Source: the human T2T-CHM13v2.0 reference genome, Homo sapiens. From it: 64,000 nt of DNA. Under the pieces are notes generated by a model that was not told the origin of the DNA, searched no databases, and saw nothing but the letters and a program-made list of their open reading frames with translations. A program made the translations under genes and the position numbers. The DNA is taken from assembly GCF_009914755.1 (NCBI RefSeq), contig NC_060931.1, one strand, 5' to 3'. This document shows positions 1 to 11,760 of the stretch, piece by piece (the first letter of the stretch is position 1; every line of letters starts with the position of its first letter).

Positions 1-1388
1 CTATAGGTTGTGTAAATATTTCTTAAAATTAATATCAAAATCATAATCCACAAAAGAAAAAACTAATAAATTGTCATCAAAATGAAAAATTTTTGCATCT
101 CAAAACACACAACAAATAAAATGAAAATACAAGCCACAAACTTTGAGAAAACATTTGTAAATCATGTGTCTGATAAAAGACTTGTATCCAGGGTATATAA
201 ACAACTCACACAACTTGAAAAGAAGACAACCTATTTAAAAATGGGCAAAGGATTGAAAGACAGTTCAGCAAAAGAGACAAACAAATGACAAATAACCAAT
301 TAAGATGATGCTCAACCTCAACCTGGCTGTGTCCACACCCAAATCTCATCTTGAATTGTATTTCCTATAATCTCCACATGTTGTGGGAGGGAAATAGTGG
401 AGGTGATTGAATCCTAGGGGTTGATGCTGTTCTTGTGATAGTGAGTTCCCATGAGAGCTGATGGTTTTATAAGAGGCTTTCTCCCCACTTCACTCTGCAC
501 TTTTCCTTGCTGCCATCATGTGAAGAAGGACATGTTTGTTTCCTCTTCTGCCATGATTGTAAGTTTCCTGAGGCCTCCCCAGCCACACAGAACTGTGAGT
601 CAATTAAACCTCTTTCCTTTATAAATAACCCAGTCTTAGGATATTTAGCAGTATGAGAACAGTCTAATGCAATACTACTGTACCCCATTAGAATGTTTGT
701 AATAAAAAGGACAGAAAGTACAGATGTTGGCAAAGATGTGGAGAAAATGGAAAAATATTGTTGGCAGAAATGTCAAGTGGTGCGCCTACTTTGGAAAACA
801 GTTTGGCAGTTGCTTAAAAAGTTAAAGAAAACTTACCGTATATCCCAGTTATTCCTTCCTGAGATTATATCCCAGCAAAATGAGAACATATTTCCACACA
901 AAGATATGTATGCAAATGTTCCTAGCAGATTATTATTATTCCTAGAATTATTATTAATGGCCAAAGAGTGGAAATAATGCAAATGTTCATTAACCAGTGA
1001 ATGGATACACAAATGTAGTATATCCATGTACTGAATACTGTTTATCAGTAAAAAGGAATGAACTAATGATACTACAACATGGGTGAACCTCAAATACAGA
1101 AGCTGTTGCAAAAGATTACATATTTTATGCTTCTATTTCTTTGAAATATTTTGTGAAGGCAAATTTATATAGGAAGAAAATTGATCAGTGGTAGCCAAGA
1201 GCTATAATCAGAGTGGAGATTAGTCGCAAATCATCATGAGGGAATTTATTGAGGTGATGGTATGTTTATTAATTGAGTTGTTAGGTGGATACACAATTAA
1301 TTAAATTCACTAAAATTCATTAAATTGTACACTTACACTGGGTGAGTTTTATGGTATGTAAAATATTCCTGAATAAACCTTCTAAAAA
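1..1388 (+). mobile_element. Old L1M (L1MC/L1ME-type) ORF2 end plus 3' UTR, interrupted by THE1D at 324-671
   Basis: ORF 82-288 resembles degraded L1 ORF2 C-terminus ([21 protein letters not shown]). Ends in a typical L1M 3' terminus ('aattgtacactta...ttttatggtatgtaaaatattcctgaataaa'). Confidence 0.85.
324..671 (+). mobile_element. THE1D-like MaLR solo LTR, first ~10 bp missing
   Basis: 'tggctgtgtcc-cacccaaatctcatcttgaattgta' ... 'gattgtaagtttcctgaggcctccccagcca' ... 'attaaacctctttcctttataaat' are THE1 hallmarks. Confidence 0.9.
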
Positions 1389-1595
1389 TCTTGACCCTCT
1401 TAACAAAGATAGGCAAAGTGAAATTTTTGTAATTTCCTTTGACTCACTCCCAAGGCTAATCTTGATACACATCCTTTATCTTTCCCCAGAGACTGACTTT
1501 TCTAATCCTGGTCTGATGTCTTTAATAGCTTTATGAAATCTTCCTTCTTAAGCCTACTGAAGCTGAGACCCTTATAAGTATATATTATTTGCCAG

Positions 1596-1992
1596 TGTTA
1601 AAATAGAAACTTTAGACAAATTAAACTTAAGAGTTTATTTGAACAAAGGATTCATGAGTCAGGCAACACTCAGAAGCAGAAGAGGTTCAGAAAGTTCCAC
1701 CCAGCAGTGTGAGCAGTGAGCTTCTATAGCCTGAACACAGAAGCAAAGTGGAGAAGTCACCTGGTTTGCTACAGCCTGACATCTGCCATATTTGGGTGTG
1801 GTGTGATGAGGCATTTCCCTTATTTGGGCATAGTCTGATCAGTTGGCTGCCTGTAATTGCTTGAAGCTCAGCTGTTTGTGATTGGCTGAAGCCCAGATAT
1901 TGTTATGAAAAGATACTCCTAAATTATATTTTGGTTTGTTAGGTAGAAAGTCAAAATAAGAAGGTTGCCAATAGCCTCCTACTTATTTAATA
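1596..1992 (-). mobile_element. ERV1 solo LTR, MER57/MER93 group
   Basis: Starts 'tgttaaaatagaaactttagacaaattaaa', the reverse complement of the MER57-type 3' end. 4-bp TSD ccag/cctg. Confidence 0.75.
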
Positions 1993-2354
1993 CCTGTTAG
2001 AGATAAGAAGTTGTACAGAAAAATAGGCAAAGAAACACAAGTCTATAGCTGGTTATAGATTTTTTGTACTCTCAGTTCCTTGTGCATAACGTGGAAGTCC
2101 AACTCCCCACATGTCCCGCTCTCCTGTTACTATTTTCTTGCCATGCAAATACCCTCTTTCTCCTTCAAGCAGTGTTCTTCTCCGTGTCATTCTAGGCTCT
2201 TCCTCTTTATGGATTCAGCTTCCCAGAAGATGGGGCTGAAAACTGAAAATGCAGGGAGAATGAAAGCCAGTGCCTGCCTCCTGCTCTCCTGCAGGCACTG
2301 CATACTGCTAAAACTGCAGAGCCCGCAACACAACACTCACCTGCTTTTTAGGAC

Positions 2355-2553
2355 CAGTGATTCCCAAAGCCCCGTGTGTAGCAGAACCACTTCGAAGGCC
2401 TGGTGAAACACACTTTGGGGACCCATCCCTAGAGTGCCTGATCCAGAGGCTTGGCTGGGGCCTGAGAATTTGCATTTTAACAAACACTGTGTGCTTCTGT
2501 TGCTGCTGGTCTTCTGTTGCTGTGTGCTTCTGCTGCTGCTTTGAGAGCCACTG
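2355..2553 (-). mobile_element. MER5A-like hAT-Charlie MITE with a small internal duplication
   Basis: Termini cagtgattcccaaa / tttgagagccactg; core 'ggggcctgagaatttgcatttt'; 'ctgtgtgcttctgYtgctgct' occurs twice (2487, 2520). Confidence 0.8.
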
Positions 2554-4889
2554 CTTTCGGGCACTCACTTGTTCATATTATTCTTGGATATTTCCTGCCA
2601 GTCAAATTTACTGAGAGAACACAGTGCTTATAAGGCTTTAAACATGAAATGAGATAAATTTGAGACTTCAAATGGATTCCAAATGCCTTAATTAATTTAT
2701 GTTTGGTGTATTCTACGGATTTTAGGGTTTATGGAAATATATTAACGTGCAATAATACTTTAAAATTGGAAAATATCAGGGCAGAGAAAACATGGCTGTT
2801 GAATGGCAAATTAAGTCAGAAAGGTTTTATACAAAAATACACTCTCTATCATCATATACAGCTAGTTAGTACAGGTTGGCATAAAATTAGACTGTAGGCT
2901 TGCTAGCAGCCAAAGCAAAAAAGAGAACCATAGGAAGCATTAGCTACAATATTTAGCAGAAACACACAATTCTGTTTTTCTTGGTGCTGAAGCCTGGAGG
3001 AAATGACTCGCTGGTGAATTGTTTCCCTACAAATAAATACATAAATAAATGTTTAAATATTTAAAAGCTTTATTCAGTTCCTCCTGTTGGCATTTCCCAA
3101 CATAAGTCAAGAACTCTACTCTGAAGTGCTAATGTACTTATTTTACACGTGTCTTCTGTTTTACTTGCATTTTGATTTTGTGGGAATGTTGATTCAGATG
3201 ACATCCCATTAATCTGCATAAAGCCCAATGGGTATTAATTATTTATTCTTATTAGAGAAGAACCTCAGTATCCCAGCCTCTGCAATAAGTATTTTCACGC
3301 TGTTCTTCATCACTTCCTTTACTAATACTAACTCTGTGTTTGCTGTTGCTATTTCAGGCTTTAGTGTTCAGTATCAGCAGAAAAGAGTTCAGATAGTACT
3401 CCGATCTTTTCATTTCTGACAAACTAGATAAGGAGGATGAATAGGTAGCATCTGATCTCTTACATATAGGAATTTAATTTGTTTTTTATCTCTTCCTGAG
3501 ATCTTTGAATTAGCACCTCTTCTTTGTAAATTTGAGAACAATTTAAAATGGCCCTTTTGCTTGCAAGCACTGGGGCAGAATCTTATTTTTAAGATAAATA
3601 AATAAAGTTACAGACAGACTGCCGCAAAGTATTGCTACCAGTTTATTGGGCTGAAGTACTTTTCAGAATTAAGTGTACTTCTAAACTGCTGGTCAGAAGG
3701 TGTGTGCTGGTGGTTTTATTTGTATGCTTCCTCAAGACAAACTTCCCATGCCTTTGGGAATGGATTTCAGACAAAGCCAGGGACTCAGATCAAAGACTGG
3801 TGTCCACTAGGCATGGCCATTACCAGTTACACTGTGCCTCTTGAACTTGTTGTTGAGGACCAGCCCTGGCGTCACTTCCCCATCTCTGCTTCTCTTTAAC
3901 TCTCACTGAGTCTGTATAAATGTGTGTCCAGAGGTCCTTGTGGGAACTTTCTCCGGTTGCTTCCTAATGGAGGTTGATTTCACTCGTGGCTATTCTCAGA
4001 AGCCACAGTCCTAATCCCATTGTATTCTTATGCCATTGATACTGAGTGTAGGAATTGTATAGACACCATGTTTTGTTGGACCCTTTGTTTTTCAGATTGT
4101 TGGAGAAAAGTGTGTTGTATGTATGTGCATGCATTTTTATATATATTGTAGCATATATATGGCACTCTTATAAAACACTGAGGCACTTATTGTTTATTTC
4201 ACTGCATGTATAAAGATGAGTCAAGCAATGGTGCCTGCCTTTAATGATCTCACAGTCTAGAGGTGAGGTAGCCTTGTAAATAACTTGTGTTTGCTGTTTT
4301 ACTTCAATTATGATAAAAGAAGTGAGGGAGAGAGGGGGAAGAAGTGAGTAATACTGCAGTAAGCATCACAATGTATATGGCCTTTTTTGCCTTTGAATTC
4401 TTACATTAGGAGAAACTCTCAGGAGTGAGATTATTAGGTTGACATCTTAGGATATTTTATGACTCTGATACATATCACCATGTTGTTTTAAAAAAGGTTG
4501 TGTAAATGTATAAAGCCTCTGATTTTATTATAACCTTGCCAACCTTTTGTTAAACTATAGAAAAATGATGCCTCATTATTTCAATATTAAGCACATAAAC
4601 CTTACAATATTTTAGATGGTAATTTTTCCACAATGTATTATACTTCTCTACCTTATTGGCAAAATAATTTTGAACATAATTTAAATGGTTCTTAATAACT
4701 GAAGACCCTTGATGTGAAAACCAATGATCAGACTGCCCTGTAATACAATGGAGTATTATACAGTAAAACTTTGGTCAAGTAACTTGATTTCTCTGTATCC
4801 TTTTGGGTACCTGTAACTTGGAAATATTTAACATAGTGACATCAGTGGCTGCTTTGTGTCAATTAAATACCAGGATGAATTTCAAAGTC

Positions 4890-5620
4890 CTTCATTAATT
4901 CATTCAACAGATAATGACTCATCCTTTGCTGTACGCCACAAAAGAAAAAATGGCTAATAGGAAAACTTCCAAAACCATAGATTATGGGAAGAAAACAGGC
5001 AATTTCCATTGAATTTATGAAGGACACAGCATTGAGCAAGGAGAATGCCTGCTGCAGAGTGGGAGTGGGTCATGGAATGGGAGAAGAAGAGAAGGAGTGT
5101 GTGGGTTGTGGGCACAGCATATGTCCAGAGGGTGGGAGCGGACCATATTTATGCACTAGATTTGTTACTTAAGCCTGTAGTTGGAGGGAGAGTTGGAAAG
5201 TGTGAGGCAGGGATGTAAGAATGGATGCCGACTAGATTAGGAAGGACCTTGATACTTAATTAGGGAAGTTATTAGTAGATTTAATTCTGAGTCAATGACA
5301 AGCCAAAGAAGGGATTATAGGATGGAAATGGTGCAAATACATTTGACCTCCTGAAAGTCATTCTGGTTAAGGGTGTCTGAAAAGAGGCTATTGCAGTGAT
5401 CCAGAGAAGGGCAATAGTTTGGACATGGGCAGTGAACACAGGGAGATGTGGTGCACTAAGGAGATACATCAAAGGTCAAGTCAACTGCACTTCGTGGTTG
5501 ACCATACAAGGTAGGGGGAGATCAAAAGTTTAAGAATGGGGCTCCACTTCTGATTTGGGTAATGACAAAGACCATGGGTTGGTCCCAGAGGCAGGAAGAA
5601 TGGGAGGAAGAGCACATTGT
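4890..5620 (-). mobile_element. Degraded L2 fragment
   Basis: 'cattaattcattcaacagata' 3' tail and 'gaggctattgcagtgatccag' core, both typical of antisense L2. Confidence 0.65.
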
Positions 5621-5760
5621 AGCACCTTCTCTCAAGGGTCTTCAAGGAATAAAGGATGAATGTTTTAAGTGCTTATCTCATTCACTTACCAGATGATTTA
5701 CTGGCATAAGAAGGGGAAAAACAGGAAAATCTGTGAGTTAACTGGAGAAAAAAGCAACTG
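5621..5760. repeat. Left copy of a local inverted duplication (partner 7429-7587)
   Basis: Reverse complement of 5701-5760 matches 7429-7488 at 56/60; reverse complement of 5621-5675 matches 7533-7587 at 54/55. Confidence 0.95.
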
Positions 5761-5829
5761 ATGGATGCTTTTTTGTTCAGTGTTCTGAACTGTCAAGTTA
5801 GACTGAATTCCTTGAAGAAATAGTACAAA

Positions 5830-6010
5830 AAGCCTTGGCTTTGGAGCTAGACTGGCACATTCTAGCTTTATCCCTATCACCTTGTCTAATTTGCTTCCCC
5901 TCTTCAGTTTCTTCACTTACAAAATTGGGACAATCTTCCATTCATTCCCTGTGGGCTTAATATGAGGATTAAGGAAGTCAAGAGCCCACTGTTGAATCCA
6001 GACACTCAAG
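5830..6010 (+). mobile_element. MIR fragment
   Basis: 'ggctttggagctagactgg...ctcttcagtttcttcacttacaaaattgggacaat' resembles the MIR core. Confidence 0.6.
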
Positions 6011-7184
6011 ACTGCTTTCTCCCTGCCATTGGCCCCCTGGGACTCCACCCCAAATTGAGTTTCTTAAAGGTAATATCCACCTCCAAATTTTCTTTCAATC
6101 AACCTCTAAGACTTGTTGCCTGAACACTATGGCAGTTTGCCCAGTCTCAGGCAGTGGCCCCAAGCTGCAGAAGAGGTTAAATTTCCGGCTGTATTTCACA
6201 GGCAAGGCCCTCTGTTCTTTAGAAGATTATCCATTCATACTCTTTCACCATTATTCATCTGTTAAAAGCTGCTTGGTCATTAATACAGTGCTCTAAAATA
6301 TCTCCAGCCTGTGTCTTCAGCAAAAGAAAAATCAATTGTCACAATATACAATAAAACTGTTCATCCTCAGGCAGATATCTTTACCACATCCACAGCATGA
6401 TCAATGGCACCATTACCAGAGGTAACTTGAATTGCATCCAAAACACTTACATGGAACACATTCTGGTAGAAATGATCTGTCAGTGGTAGACAGTGTGAAG
6501 ACAAATAACCCTGTAGATGACTTGCCCAATCTGTCTCCGTCTCCAGGAGAATAAGCCAATGAATATTCTTAGCAAGGATTTTCAGTGGGTGCTTCCAGGG
6601 AATGTAAAATACCCTCTTTGTTGATCAGAAGACACATTCTGCTCTTACACTAACAGCAAAACCCAAACCTTTTATTTGTCTTTCAGGAAGATAAACTTCA
6701 GGTATAAAAGAGTCCATTACCCCAGGAGGTATCCATAAACCTCCAATTCTGAAAATTGCATCTCATCTTTTCTAAAACAAATGCCTTCACTTAAGAGCAG
6801 TTACAATTTGCCAATCCTGACAGCTGCAAACTGAATTTATCTTTAATCACACATTCACTGAGTGTCTTTTGAAAGCACATCAGCCATCATGGAGTAAAGC
6901 ATTATCATATAGGGGGAAAAACATTGCCAATTCATTAATTAGGAAAACAGAAATTTTTCAGATAATAAGAATTAAATGCCTCTGAAGAGTGTCTGAATTT
7001 TAGCCTATGCTATAACTTGATTCTTATAATACTGGTTACAAATAGCAGTTATTTGAACCTATTTTGTCACCTGATGAGCAGGCTAAGGTAGGTACAAAAG
7101 TATACATTAGACTTTACCCCAAAGACAGCCACCAAATGCTGAGCATGTCCACATCTAGGTAATCTTAGGAGGGAATGGCTAAAA

Positions 7185-7345
7185 ATGGATGGCAATTGAA
7201 AGAAGGCAGATTGGGAAGTGATACAAAGAAAAATTTTCTAGTCATTAGAATTCCTATTACTTAAGTATTCAGAGGATGGGGAGCCAAATTCACAGAGAAA
7301 TATTTCCCAAATTGGACTTGATTATTTGAAGAGCCCTTCAACACT
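7185..7345 (+). mobile_element. L3/CR1 or MIR3-type relic
   Basis: 'aaggcagatt...aagaaaaattttcta' and 'ttggacttgattatttgaagagcccttcaacactaaaaatctat' resemble the L3/MIR3 3' end. Confidence 0.45.
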
Positions 7346-7428
7346 AAAAATCTATTATTCTTTGACACTAATGCATAAATGTCTCAGACATCGTTACTCA
7401 GTGATCCATTTTGGGTGCACAGAAAGAA

Positions 7429-7587
7429 CAGTTGTTTTTTTCTCCAGTTAACTCACAAATTTTCTTGTTTTTCCCCATCTTATGCCAGTCTGATGTCTTT
7501 AAGCACTTATGTCTTATGCCAGTCTGATGTTTTAAGCACTGAAAACATTCATCCTTTATTCCTTGAAGACCCTTGAGAGAAGGTGCT
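7429..7587. repeat. Right copy of the inverted duplication, containing a 34-bp-period tandem duplication (7478-7540)
   Basis: Direct alignment to the reverse complement of 5621-5760; 'tcttatgccagtctgatgt(c)tttaagcact' occurs twice. Confidence 0.95.
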
Positions 7588-7791
7588 GATCGCCTTTCCC
7601 CAAAGTGGAACAGAGCAACATCCAATCTGCATAGAGGCTCTGCAGGACCCCGAGAGAGAGTAGACCCTGAAGCAAGGGAGCTGGATCTGGCTAGACCTGC
7701 TGCCGGGGCCATCTGTGTTGCATGCACTTCACTTTCCTCATCTGGGAAAGGAGATTGAAAGTAAAATTGAAGATAAAAATATATATATATG

Positions 7792-8005
7792 TATATCTTC
7801 ATATAAATATAAATTCATATATATATGAATTTGCCTTTAAAATAAAATATTATGTAAAGGAAGGCAACAGCCTCCTTTATATATATATTCAATATATATC
7901 ATATATATTCAATAAAAATATATATATCTTCATATAAATATAAATTCATATATATATGAATTTGCCTTTAAAATAAAATATTATGTAAAGGAAGGCAACA
8001 GCCTC
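7792..8005. repeat. Perfect 83-bp direct duplication (7792-7874, 7923-8005) with AT-rich spacer
   Basis: The two units are base-identical; each holds the 22-bp palindrome aaattcatatatatatgaattt. Confidence 0.97.
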
Positions 8006-8572
8006 AGCAAATAAATTAAATGTGATTAATGTTTACGAAAAGTGTCACACATGTCCCAAAACCCAAACTTCGCTTATCTCCTAATAACTCAATTTTTGAA
8101 GCCCTCTCACTAGCCCCTTGGGAAGACAGACACCTTGGCATCCAACAGCTTCCTCGCTGGTCTGCAGTTCCCTCTGCCATGGCTGCATCCAGCCCTTCCT
8201 TCTGTATCGAACCTACACAAAACTGCCAATACATCTGTTCACCTGTTTTCGCTCTGTTGCTTACTCCATCCAGAATGCCTTAAACCCCTTCTCGAACAAA
8301 TGGAACTCTACAGGAGTTCAAGGGTGGAGACAAATACCTGCCTCCTGCTTCACAAGGTCTCAGCTTTGTGTTCACAGAAAGCGTTGTGTGTGCCCCTGCT
8401 GTGACGCTCACAGTCTTGGGTGACATGACTCCTAGGCCACCTTTATGAACTTGCTCATTTCACACTGCATTCTCCATGACCAAGTCCTCTGAAACATGAG
8501 GGACATGCAGCCAAAACACGGGCCATGCTGTGCAGCCTAAAATGTAAAATACTGCATGCTGTTTCTTTATAT

Positions 8573-9062
8573 TGTAGGGGAAAAATAACATAGGTTTGTA
8601 GTGGGGAGACCTGTTACAAAAGGCAAGTTAAGAGAAACCAACAAGTTTATTCACATGTATATTTCATACATACATGGGAGATACCCAGAGAATGAGTAGT
8701 TCTCAAAGAGGTGGCTTTGAATTCCAGCTGATAACAAGGAACAGTAAATTTTTAGAGAAGTAAGGAGACAAAAGAAAAGGACTTTGATTCTCTAAGGGGG
8801 GCCCGTGGGGGAGGGCAAATAACTGGCAGATAGAGACTAGTTTGTGATGCTTGTTAGTGTGGGCTCCTCTGGTACCATCTCAGGTCCAGGAGGGTCTCTG
8901 TTCTCCCTGGTAGAGGGGGACAAGTAGGGTACCTTTAGTCTTTGTAACACCATGTCCTATAAATAGAGGGAGGGCATTGAGCTTTCCTGTATCTGCTTCT
9001 TCTTAATTGTCTTCAGCTCAACAATCCTCCCTATTTTGGGAGGTGTATTTTGGTCTCTCACA
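8573..9062 (-). mobile_element. MER34A-like ERV1 solo LTR
   Basis: Reverse complement begins 'tgtgagagaccaaaatacacctcccaaaata...gattgttgagctgaagacaattaagaagaagcagatacaggaaagctc'. TG...CA ends with perfect 4-bp TSD atat. Confidence 0.85.
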
Positions 9063-9874
9063 ATATATTTCTAAGATTTTAATCCTTTCTAAATAAAGTG
9101 AGATTAGAAACACCAACCTTCCTGTCATTACTTTGAGAGAGATTGACCCTCACAACCTCCCTGAAGCTCTTGAAGAGATTGATGATGATTTCTTACCTCT
9201 TGTAAACATTAGGTAGGTGCCATTACTTTTAATACCTCAGGAACGCCCTACCCCACAGCCACTCTGTAGCTCTGAGCCCATTTGGAGTGCTGGAAACATC
9301 TCACAGGCAACTTCTCCACACTCCAGGCACCATGAACGATGATTACCGTGGCAGCCCGCAGTCATTATTGAAAATACACCATCAGAATAATGAAGATGCT
9401 AAGACTCTCCCCTCTGGCTCCCATGAGTAATGAAAGCCTGAAGGAAGGGCTCATTCATTAAGATTTTATAAGCAGAGGAGAATAAATGGATATTTGTTTT
9501 AAAGAAATTCATTTCTGTCCAATATTCTAATTTTGAGGAACTTTGTAGGGAATACAAATTTATTTTTAAAAAGGATTAAAATGAAGTTCAGTTACTGCAA
9601 GTGAGTCTTTGAACTAAGTACTCTTGAAATGTTTCATTAGTAACATTTTGTTCAAAAATTCTAATGGAACTGACAAGAATTTGACTTTTGTTTCATTGTC
9701 TAAAGAATGTAAATATGGTCATTGCACATACCAGGAATGCAGAGAGTAAAGTGTACCTCACTTACATTGACTCTTCCCCATCATTTATCCTTGCAATGCC
9801 TTGCGATCCCTGATTAAACACAGAAATCTAGCACCTGAAACTTATCAAAAAGATGAACATTGACAGTCATCCCT

Positions 9875-9956
9875 CATAGGTGCAGCCCAGGTGCAGGCTG
9901 AGGAAGGCTGGCAGGCATAGGTGCAGCCCAGGTACAGGCTGAGGAAGGCTGGCGGG
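9875..9956. repeat. 41-bp tandem duplication (2 copies, 2 mismatches)
   Basis: cataggtgcagcccaggtRcaggctgaggaaggctggcRgg x2. Confidence 0.95.
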
Positions 9957-10261
9957 ACAAGAGTTCTATGCAGTGATGAGTGTGGTCAGGTAAGAGCTGT
10001 CCTTCAGCCTGCACCACCTATGGAACTACAGTCTGGAGATGAGCTGCCCAGCCCCCCCCGCCCAGGATGCTGAATGAAGGGCTTGTTTTCATGTTAGCCA
10101 ATATTATCACAACAAAAGTAACTAACTCATTCTATGAACTTTTCCATTTTGCAACTAATCCTTTCATTAGCAATGAGGAAGGAAGCAGGGAGGGAAAGAG
10201 GACATTTAGCCAACTTTTAATATTGATTTTTGCTTTTGCAAGGATATTGATGAGTGTTTAA

Positions 10262-11200
10262 TATGCACAGTTTGCCCAGTCATTGTTGGAGGCTGCAGTA
10301 AACTCACTGGCCAGATACAAACAAAATGGAAAACATAAATTTGCTGAAGAAACATCAGCTTCTAGTTCAAAAGTTAATAGTTACAGTAAGAAGAGGATCT
10401 CAAGACAATGATGTAACACACTTGGCAGTAGAAGGAATATTTACTTGTCACTCTCTGAACCATGAATGCTCATTGATAGCAGATGAGAATTTTACCCTAG
10501 ATTAACATGACTCATTTTCAACTGCAACTTTCTAATAGTTGTGCAAAAAGTAAAACAAATCCTGCTACTACATTGACTCCAATAGCACAAGAAAAAAGCA
10601 GCAAAACATTAAATAATGTCAGTTTTATATCAGTGTCTTACATGCTTCAAGTAGAAAAACAATTCCGTAATTTTCAAAGTTAGTAATTAAAAACAAATCT
10701 ATTCTTGGATGAAAAAAAAAAAAGCTTTTGGAAGTTGATTCTGTGAGTTAAAACATCTAATGCTATTGCAAATTGTATTTTAAATTCATTTAAAGAATTC
10801 AGTGTTAAAAGTACAATTAGTTTTTGACTCATACTTTGGATAAATTTTGGCAGGAGCAGAGTGTCATAAAAACCATGATTTAACTTAAGAAACCAACAGA
10901 GTACAAGTCCCCTTGAATTTGATTGTGTTGCAATATTCATAATTGCATCTAAACAAGCTGTGACATTCTAGAAATAAATATAGAAGCTATAATTGTCAAA
11001 ATTTAAAAATATTCTTATAAACCCATCTTTTTATGAATATAAAAAAATTCTCAGCATGGCAGTAGTGCTTTCTCTTTCATCAGTTGGAATTTCTTTAGAA
11101 ATGGTTGAACTTTGGAAGACCTACTTTAAAGTCAATCTAAATTCCTAACAAAGTTTTTGACATTAAAAAAATTGAATTCTCTTTATTTTGGCTGCATATT
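10262..11200 (+). mobile_element. hAT-Blackjack (BLACKJACK) DNA transposon internal transposase remnant, frameshifted
   Basis: Segments 'agttttatatcagtgtc...atgcttcaagtagaaaa', 'aagcttttggaagttgattctgt', 'attcataattgcatctaaacaagctgtgacattcta', 'atagaagctataattgtcaaaattta' and 'cagcatggcagta' follow the BLACKJACK coding region as I recall it. Confidence 0.7.
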
Positions 11201-11475
11201 TCTTTCCAACTAGAAATCTTTCATTACAGTATTCAACGAAGTAAAAAAAAAACTCTAGCTTTTGAAGTTTTAGAAAGTTGCCATTGTTAATGCAGTTATG
11301 CCCTGTCATATATCAATCACGTAGTGTTTTTAGTTTCTTCTTTTATAAATCATGCTTACTGAGGTAGACCTCACATATAATTAAAAGCCTGCCTTTTAAA
11401 GGTGCAGTTTATTTCTCACCTTTCTCCCCAGCCCTGGCCCCAAGCAGCTGGTGCTCGGCTTTGTCTCACTGTGGG

Positions 11476-11760
11476 TTTTTGTTTTTTGTTTTTTGTTTGA
11501 GACGGAGTCTTACTCTGTTGCCCAGGCTGGAGTGCAGGGCCAGGATCTCAGCTCACTGCAACCTCTGCCTCCAGGATTCAAGCGATTTGATTCTCCTGCC
11601 TCAGCCTCCTGAGTAGCTGGGATTACGGTCACCCACCACCACACCCAGCTAGTTTTTGTATTTTTAGTAGAGACAGGATTTCACCATGTTGGCCAGGCTG
11701 GTCTCGAACTCCTGGCTTCAAGTGATCTGCCTGCCTTGTCCTCCCAAAGTGCTCGGATTA
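11476..11760 (-). mobile_element. AluS (Sx/Sz-like), 5'-truncated by ~25 nt
   Basis: Alu body; flanking repeat tcactgtgg at 11466 and 11761. Confidence 0.95.

Noticed and set aside
6445-6515. 60-nt minus-strand exon candidate (GYLSSHCLPLTDHFYQNVFH) with a GTAAGT donor
   Set aside because: The acceptor lacks a polypyrimidine tract, the peptide is unrecognised, and joining to the next candidate exon gives an immediate stop.
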